Assembly (NCBI GenBank): GCA_051003195.1
Contig: JBPCLP010000007.1
Coordinates: forward strand, 1-53,938
Direction of reading: 5' to 3'
Length of the DNA stretch: 53,938 bases
Source of the DNA: Candidatus Sumerlaeaceae bacterium
Lineage (GTDB): Bacteria; Sumerlaeota; Sumerlaeia; Sumerlaeales; Sumerlaeaceae
Shown here piece by piece: positions 48,028 through 53,938 of the stretch. The notes beneath the pieces were generated by a model. That model had not been told where the DNA came from. It did not search any database and saw only the letters and a program-made list of their open reading frames with translations. Positions within the stretch are counted from its first letter, which is position 1. Each line of letters begins with the position of its first letter. The translations under genes were made by a program, and so were the position numbers.

Positions 48028-48431
48028 AGTGTGCCGAATCATGTTCCATCCAGTTTGAGCGCGAAAGATAAGCTCAGTTCTGCACACCGAACAGATTACG
48101 AACTAACGGTAGAGCACTCCAGTGTGCCGAATCCGTACTTTCTTACCAGGCCAAAGGGCAGACTTGACCTCGATTCGGCACACAGAACTGATACGAACTA
48201 ACCGTAGACTACACTAGGTCTCAGAATTTCGCGGCATAATTCCAGCATTCCGCCTTTTGGAATCCGCAGCCCTCCGGTTTTTTGCACCGAAGGTGCAGCG
48301 GGCCAAAGCCCAGGGTAAGGATTCCGGCTTTTTGGAATCCGCAGCCCTGGGTTACAGCACCCCATTTTTCGCGCCCTGAAGGGGCGCCGCAAACCGAAAA
48401 CTATGGGACGAATCTCTTGTCCACCACACTA
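48028..48431. repeat. Composite repeat: two short type C units (48028-48120, 48121-48216) plus a long REP-hairpin unit (48217-48431)
   Basis: AGTGTGCCGAATC...GATTCGGCACAC stem and CGAACTAA..GTAGA tail; TGCACCGAAGGTGCA, GCCCAGGG/CCCTGGG and CGCCCTGAAGGGGCG hairpins; CCACCACACTA end. Confidence 0.82.
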
Positions 48432-49604
48432 CTCGACTACGGACTTTGGTGCTGCGAGCTGCGTGTCCGCGGAATGCCTCGCCATTTGCTTATCCCGGCA
48501 TGTTACAGATCGCGCGCCGCATTTCGCCCACTTATGGTGCTGCTGTGCTTGAACCGGGACCATCCCGGAAAGCAGCAGGCACATGCTTCCCAAAACCACC
48601 ACTTTGGCGCAAACTTTCAAACGCGATTCTTCTGCCGGTTTGTATTCCGGACGGAGCACACGGCGCAAGCGCTTCACAAGGTCGGATTTACGTTCCGCCA
48701 GGGCCACCACTCCCCAGCGCGGACGAGCGGAATTGGCAAGTTCGATTGCGCGCAACAGGCTGACACTGTACGTGTGCCGGCTGCCGCCGAGCACTGCAAT
48801 GGACAGGTCGTCACAAGCCTCTTCACGCAGCGTGCGGATTTTCCAGTTCGCCAGCCACACCAGCGGATGAAAGAAATAGAAAGTCTGCAGCACAATCTGC
48901 AGCCAGTTCATTCCAACATCGCGACGGCGCACGTGCGCCAACTCGTGGATCAGGATCGGTTTCAAATCTTCGACCGTCCAGGTTTCGACCATCGTCTGCG
49001 GCAGAATAATAATGGGCTTAAACAGCGCTGTGACCGCAGGAGCCGGACATTCGTCATCGGGCGCCACGCGCACCTGCACTGAGCGCCGCAGTCCCATATC
49101 GGCCGCGCATGCATGCACCAGTGCATCAAACTCCGGTGTGCAAACGACCGGCAGCGCACGGATACGCCGGCGTAAGCTCAAGGCCCGTAATGCGACAATA
49201 AGTACGATCATGCCGCTGCCAGTGATCCACGCCATACCCGTTGCCGTCATAAAACGACGCTCGCGCTGCACCCGTGCCCGGAATTCGGCCCGCCGCTGGC
49301 TGCGAGAAACGGTCGACTGGGGACTTCGCGAACGTGGTACCGACGCGCGGGACGGGCTCACCGAAGAGTGACTGATATGAGTTGCCGGAGTCAGCGAGCG
49401 CTCAAAGGACGGGAGCGAGAATCCCATGGGAATACAAAGTCGAACCAGCACAATACACCACAGCGCATAGCGCACCACAGGTGAGCTGTTTCGCAGCAGG
49501 AAGGAAGCGACCGCGACCAGCAGCACCAGCACCGCGATCTGCACGCTGGCGTTCATCAGCGATGCAGCCCACATCCGCCCGAGGCTTTCGAGCTGCTGGA
49601 TCAT
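48429..49604 (-). CDS. BlaR1/MecR1-like M56 metallopeptidase lacking a penicillin-binding sensor domain
   Basis: RYALW, ILIHELAHVRRRD (HExxH), FFHPLVW, REEACD; very short C-terminal extracytoplasmic tail. Confidence 0.9.
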   Translation of the reverse strand: MIQQLESLGRMWAASLMNASVQIAVLVLLVAVASFLLRNSSPVVRYALWCIVLVRLCIPMGFSLPSFERSLTPATHISHSSVSPSRASVPRSRSPQSTVSRSQRRAEFRARVQRERRFMTATGMAWITGSGMIVLIVALRALSLRRRIRALPVVCTPEFDALVHACAADMGLRRSVQVRVAPDDECPAPAVTALFKPIIILPQTMVETWTVEDLKPILIHELAHVRRRDVGMNWLQIVLQTFYFFHPLVWLANWKIRTLREEACDDLSIAVLGGSRHTYSVSLLRAIELANSARPRWGVVALAERKSDLVKRLRRVLRPEYKPAEESRLKVCAKVVVLGSMCLLLSGMVPVQAQQHHKWAKCGARSVTCRDKQMARHSADTQLAAPKSVVE

Positions 49605-49987
49605 TGCTGCCTCAGTTCAGCCTGCTGCACAAGCTGACGCAACTCATCCAGCTCAGCGGAGCTTAATGTCTCCCGTTGCGCAAGATGGACAAACAACGGC
49701 GAGACAGTATTATCCAGCACGGTCTCCACGAAATTCTCGACAGCCCGGGCGACTAGTTTCGAGCGGCTGATAGTCGGCTGGTAGAGCCACAGCGGACCCA
49801 GTTTTTCTTTTCGCAGGTATCCTTTATCCGCCAGCCGATCCAGCATCGTCTTGATGGTCTGGTAGCTGCGGTGCCGCTGCTGCAGCGATTCCTCGAAAAC
49901 CTGCCGCGCCGTGCACTTGCCCTGGCGCCAGCAGATGCCCATGATACTCCACTCGGTTTTGGAAAGGTCTCTTGTGGGTCCGATCAT
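49601..49987 (-). CDS. BlaI/MecI/CopY family repressor
   Basis: LSKTEWSIM, YQTIKTMLDRLADKGYL, LSSAELDELRQL; overlaps the M56 gene start. Confidence 0.93.
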   Translation of the reverse strand: MIGPTRDLSKTEWSIMGICWRQGKCTARQVFEESLQQRHRSYQTIKTMLDRLADKGYLRKEKLGPLWLYQPTISRSKLVARAVENFVETVLDNTVSPLFVHLAQRETLSSAELDELRQLVQQAELRQQ

Positions 49988-50005
49988 CTCATTAGCCGTC
50001 AGTAA

Positions 50006-50015
50006 TACAGTTGTC
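50006..50015. promoter_or_regulatory. Putative BlaI-type operator (proximal)
   Basis: TACAGTTGTC, one mismatch to TACA-NN-TGTA, 18 bp upstream of the repressor ATG. Confidence 0.55.
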
Positions 50016-50099
50016 GTAACAGGATGTAGCTACCAGTAAAGGGAATTTATTTGCCAGCCTGCGACCGCCCAATTCATGCGGTTTAGTAAATTTTTGGCG

Positions 50100-50111
50100 C
50101 TACAACTGTAG
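50100..50111. promoter_or_regulatory. Putative BlaI-type operator (distal)
   Basis: CTACAACTGTAG, a perfect TACA-NN-TGTA box. Confidence 0.65.
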
Positions 50112-50154
50112 TAAGCGTAGGAATGAGTCTGCCGAACCCGCGCCGGCTGAACTT

Positions 50155-50244
50155 ATGTGCCGTCCCAGAAGTGCCATTCTTCAGGAAGCTTTCAATCTCG
50201 GACCGCACACAAAACCAGTGAACGAATGAGTCTGACAACACACT
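50155..50244. repeat. Short type A dispersed repeat (degenerate)
   Basis: TGTGCCGTCCCAGAAG..CAGGAAGCTTTC..GGACCGCACACAAAACCAGTGAACGAA..GACAACACACT. Confidence 0.75.
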
Positions 50245-50274
50245 CGCAGCTCCTCACCAAACACGGAGAGAACA

Positions 50275-50736
50275 ATGGCTTCTGAAACTTCGAATGCCAA
50301 AAAAGCGGGCATTGCTATCGCGCTGATTCTAATTGCCGGAGGCCTTGCCTACTCGCGCATGCAGAAATATTTGCCGGGACCAGAGATTAATAACGGCGTC
50401 TCCAGCGATTTTGAAGGGCCCAGCCGGGCCGAGTTCCACGAACTCGCAAAAAAGGCGAACATCACCCCTGAGCAGCAGAAGAAAATCGAAGAGGCTCGGG
50501 AAAAAGGGGATTTTCGCAGCATCATGGACGTTCTGACCACCGACCAGCGACAAATGATCGGGCAGGAGCGCAGCAAACGCCGCGCGGCCCAGGAAACGAA
50601 AATGAAGTCGGCACTTGGCGACGACTATGACAAGTACCAGCAGAAGCGGCAGGCACAACGAGGTGGCTGGGGCCGGGGAGGCGGCGGTGGCCGCGGATCT
50701 GGAGATGGAAATCGCGGCGGAGGTCCACGGTCCTAG
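50275..50736 (+). CDS. Hypothetical membrane-anchored protein, Spy/LTxxQ-like helical core with Gly/Arg-rich tail
   Basis: TM AGIAIALILIAGGLAY, ITPEQQKKI, VLTTDQR, RGGWGRGGGGGRG; RBS GGAGAG. Confidence 0.75.
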   Translation: MASETSNAKKAGIAIALILIAGGLAYSRMQKYLPGPEINNGVSSDFEGPSRAEFHELAKKANITPEQQKKIEEAREKGDFRSIMDVLTTDQRQMIGQERSKRRAAQETKMKSALGDDYDKYQQKRQAQRGGWGRGGGGGRGSGDGNRGGGPRS

Positions 50737-51380
50737 TGTATTCCAGAAGACCAATCGCCAACATCCGTGCCGGCTTCACACTCATTGAGCTTTTGATTGT
50801 TGTGGCCATAATCGCGATCCTTGCCTCGATTGCCCTTCCAAATTTCATCGAGGCTCAGGTTCGTGCGAAAGTCGCGCGGGCAAAGGCCGACTTGCGCACC
50901 ATGGCAACCGGTCTGGAAGCGTATCACGCCGACAATAACCGATACCCCGATCTCTTCACCAGGATCCGCGTGCTCTCGACCCCGGTAGCCTATATCTCCA
51001 GTTTGCCGCGTGACATCTTTCGCGCGCAGCAAAGCGGTGGCTCATCCTTTTTTCAGCAGCGAACCTATCGCTATGGTGCGATGCCGATCGAATCTCCATC
51101 GCGATGGGCGATGGACAGCGTTGGTCCGGACACCGACATCGACACTTACTTTAACGGCACCATCGATGGTTCCATTGACGGAGAATCGGAGGATGACTGG
51201 CAACCGGATCGCGATGCGTTGCGCCTCTATCCCGGTTACTCCGCGGAGTTGTTTGGCGATGGATGGCTCGATCCCGATCCAACAACCGCCGCCACATACA
51301 AGTATGTCGCGTACGACTCCACGAACGGCAGTGTGAGCAACGGCGATATTTTCCGCTTGAGCGACCACCAGATGCCTTAG
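50736..51380 (+). CDS. Prepilin-type N-methylation (GspG-like) protein
   Basis: G-FTLIELLIVVAIIAILA, PNFIEAQVRAKVAR, LSTPVAY, SVGPD, YDSTNGSVSNGDI; GTG overlaps upstream TAG. Confidence 0.92.
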   Translation: MYSRRPIANIRAGFTLIELLIVVAIIAILASIALPNFIEAQVRAKVARAKADLRTMATGLEAYHADNNRYPDLFTRIRVLSTPVAYISSLPRDIFRAQQSGGSSFFQQRTYRYGAMPIESPSRWAMDSVGPDTDIDTYFNGTIDGSIDGESEDDWQPDRDALRLYPGYSAELFGDGWLDPDPTTAATYKYVAYDSTNGSVSNGDIFRLSDHQMP

Positions 51381-51624
51381 TGCGCCGAATCAGTAGTTCA
51401 GGTTTTTTGCACCGAAGGTGCAGCGGGACTCAGCCCAGGGAAAGGAGGCCACGGCTTTTTGTGGCCGACGCAGCCCTGGGTTACAGCACCCCGTTTTTCG
51501 CGCCCTGAAGGGGGGCCGCAAACCGAGTGTGCCGAATCCGGCGTTCCTTACCAGACCAAAACGGCAGACTTGACCTCGATTCGGCACACAGAACAGACTA
51601 CGAACTAGCCGTAGATTACCCCAG
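51378..51624. repeat. Composite repeat: long REP-hairpin unit plus short type C unit (51526-51624)
   Basis: Near-identical to parts of 35500-35620 and 48121-48216. Confidence 0.82.
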
Positions 51625-51676
51625 TTGCTGTCGCATGAATCCAACGTCCCGATACTGAAAGACTCAAATGAACTCC

Positions 51677-52147
51677 ATGAATCGCCGTGAATTCGTAGAG
51701 ACCGCCCTCGCTGCCTGCGCGTGCGCATTGTGCCCCGCCATCTCCCATGCGCAGGCTGGCGCGGCCGTCCCACCAGCGGCAACTCCAGCAGGGCCCGTCA
51801 CCATCGGCGCATTGGCAAAATATGCACCTGCGGGAGTGTGGGACGACTTCGCAAAAACCTGCGGCTTTGTCATCGTTTCCGACAAAGGCAGAATCTACGC
51901 GCTATCGGCCACGTGCACCCACAAGCGCGGTGGACTTATAAAAGATACCGCAACACCGGGACAACTCAAGTGCACCAAGCACGATGGAAAGTTCAACCTG
52001 AGCGGCATACCGGTTTCCGGGCCGCCCAAAGTCGCACTCGCACGATTTGCAATTTCGATGAACGCCGGCCAGTTGATTGTGGATCCGACTAAAAAGTTCG
52101 AGCAGACCGACTGGGACAAACCCGCCGCGTTCGTAAAATGCGCGTGA
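51677..52147 (+). CDS. Tat-exported Rieske [2Fe-2S] domain protein
   Basis: MNRREFV twin-arginine signal; CTH and CTKH ligand motifs; VSGPP. Confidence 0.9.
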   Translation: MNRREFVETALAACACALCPAISHAQAGAAVPPAATPAGPVTIGALAKYAPAGVWDDFAKTCGFVIVSDKGRIYALSATCTHKRGGLIKDTATPGQLKCTKHDGKFNLSGIPVSGPPKVALARFAISMNAGQLIVDPTKKFEQTDWDKPAAFVKCA

Positions 52148-52150
52148 CCG

Positions 52151-53494
52151 CTACTCCGTGTGCAGCCACCAGGTGTCGGCGGCCGTAGCCGCCCCGACGT
52201 CGAATAAATACATTCTGCCCGCCCGTTGCGCCGACCCCACGTTGGAATAGTTTTCTCCTACGAGCACCTGGTTGTTCGGCATCCCGTGTACCGACACTCC
52301 GAAATTGAACTCGTTCAGCGGGCTTTCAATTTTATACCGCAGTGCGCCATCCGTTACGCGGAAGACGTAGACCGCCCCCTTGAGCGTGAAGTCGGGCTGC
52401 GTCTTTGGATTGCCAATGAAGATGTTCTGGCCCGATGATCCGACTGCCACCGCGTAAAATTGATTCGTGGCCGCAGCGCCCGGCTCGGGGTTCGCAAACT
52501 CCCGGATCAATGCGCCGTTGCTGCCGCTGAACAAATAGGCGTAACCGGAACTCGGCGCGCCAACGAGAAAGTCGTTACCCACGCCGCGCACGAGGAAACC
52601 CATAAAGGCGTTGTCGACGGGATGCGGATTGCTCAACGTGAATAGCTGGTTTCCCGTCACTGAGTCAAAGACGAACGCTCCGCCACAATCCGTGGTCGTG
52701 GCGTCATCCACACCAGGCGCGCCAACCAGCACGCGAGTACCAACGCCAGCCACCGACAGACCGAAGTTGTCACCGACAACGGGATTCGGCTGACGGGTGA
52801 ATTTACGCAGCAACGCGCCCGTGGAGCTGTTGTACATGTAACACGAGCCGGTCTCTGTTCCGCTCGTGTCATCGTGCCTGCAACCGACCAGCACGTTCTC
52901 GCCCACAGCGTTAACAGACCATCCGAACAGATCGTCGACAGCAGCGCCCGGCTTGGTCAGTGTCTGCAGCAGCGCGCCACCGCTACTATACACAAAGGCG
53001 CGCCCGGCATCTGTTGCGACGTTGTCATCGTTCGGTGCACCGATGACGATTTTGGTCGGGGTCGACCACACGAATGCGCCGAAACCATCGGCCGGCGATG
53101 GCGCAGGGTTTGGGATGGTGAGCATCAGCGCGCCCGTGCTCTTGTTGATCACATACGCTTCTCCCGGATCGCCCGAACCTAAAATCGAGGGAGCGCCCGC
53201 CAGCAGATTTCCGTCCGGCGAATTCGCTACGGCGCGCCCCAGTCGGTCTTCCAGCGCTGGAGTCGGATTGGGTGCCGTCAGCAGTAGTTGTCCGCCGGTG
53301 CTGACTACTTTCGGTGCCACAGCACGCAGCTCTGGGGCAGCCGTACTTGCCGCCCGGAATTCAATCGAGTCGAGATCCCGAATGAACGTTTCCAACCGGC
53401 TGTCCGGCCCGACCGCCGGGGCAGCTTGTGCTCCCCCAGCCGCAATCAGGAGACCTGCCGCGCCACTCCGTGTAAACCAATTCGTGAGTTTCAT
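52151..53494 (-). CDS. Secreted FG-GAP repeat beta-propeller protein with Trp-rich C-terminal tail
   Basis: Signal peptide (AQA); repeated FG..V...VGAP...G.AYVF units; ends AATAADTWWLHTE. Confidence 0.85.
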   Translation of the reverse strand: MKLTNWFTRSGAAGLLIAAGGAQAAPAVGPDSRLETFIRDLDSIEFRAASTAAPELRAVAPKVVSTGGQLLLTAPNPTPALEDRLGRAVANSPDGNLLAGAPSILGSGDPGEAYVINKSTGALMLTIPNPAPSPADGFGAFVWSTPTKIVIGAPNDDNVATDAGRAFVYSSGGALLQTLTKPGAAVDDLFGWSVNAVGENVLVGCRHDDTSGTETGSCYMYNSSTGALLRKFTRQPNPVVGDNFGLSVAGVGTRVLVGAPGVDDATTTDCGGAFVFDSVTGNQLFTLSNPHPVDNAFMGFLVRGVGNDFLVGAPSSGYAYLFSGSNGALIREFANPEPGAAATNQFYAVAVGSSGQNIFIGNPKTQPDFTLKGAVYVFRVTDGALRYKIESPLNEFNFGVSVHGMPNNQVLVGENYSNVGSAQRAGRMYLFDVGAATAADTWWLHTE

Positions 53495-53938
53495 AATCTC
53501 ATAAGACGCAATTCGCCAGCCACAGGATGACACGATACTACGCAAATTACGAATTACGAGCCAGCGCGACCCCTCCAACCGACGGCATCAACGAAAGCTA
53601 CCACCTTGTTTACGCCGCCTAGATCGAGAGGTGTCCTAAGAACTCGGGGTTTTGCCCGCACTTCTGATTGGTGAAAACCTCCGCCGCGCGATCGACCGGC
53701 GCGAAGCGCTCGCGATGATGCGGAGCATCTGAGCCGAAAGCTTGCTTTCGCTTTTACTGAGGTTACTGTAATCGCTCCTGCTTTAGAAATCATCAGGTAG
53801 GAAACTATTGTCGCACGCTCCGCCGGCGCGAAGCGCTTTGGAGATGGCGTGGTTTTTTATTCGAGCGTGGCATGCTATGCAGCCAGTGCATAGTCGCGAT
53901 TTTTCCCACAGCCTTTTTCCACAGTTTTCGGTGTGTGG

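Noticed and set aside
48028..48216. CRISPR mini-array
   Set aside because: Only two units; the loop regions recur at other loci instead of being unique spacers; no cas genes in the window
53590..53670. c-di-GMP-I riboswitch upstream of the FG-GAP gene (minus-strand GGGCAAAACC)
   Set aside because: GAAA tetraloop stem and GACGCAAAGC motif are missing

Overview
A GC-rich bacterial chromosomal window of about 54 kb. Lineage-typical features suggest Candidatus Sumerlaeota (BRC1), but this is inference only: a GspG-like prepilin with a C-terminal YDxTNG motif, and secreted proteins ending in PVSLSRFSID or a short Trp-rich tail. Housekeeping genes include mutY-hprK-spoIID, dnaX-ybaB, 6S RNA, L10 leader-rplJ-rplL, tRNA-Arg(ACG), aspC, ferritin and an aquaglyceroporin. 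There are many envelope and glycan genes (GT2, a GT2-GT9 fusion, GT39-like/TPR, GH2, GH78, a PGRP amidase, a lytic transglycosylase, a serine hydrolase), plus a DUF433/DUF5615 toxin-antitoxin pair and a BlaI/BlaR1 pair. Two accessory patches contain gene remnants: an ECF sigma factor, a RAYT transposase, an SDR and two PA0069-type radical SAM fragments. The most notable observations are: (1) a circularly permuted SLT lytic transglycosylase domain; (2) two 142-bp, 87%-identical fragments of a radical SAM gene in inverted orientation, broken at the same nucleotide and flanking a Kelch-repeat gene, the left one preceded by a LexA-type box; (3) a modular dispersed repeat family with IS630-like ends, REP-like hairpins and compensatory stem changes, several copies starting at stop codons; (4) candidate C-terminal sorting motifs; (5) BlaI boxes facing a divergent pilin operon. 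No CRISPR array, integrase, reverse transcriptase or intact transposase was seen.
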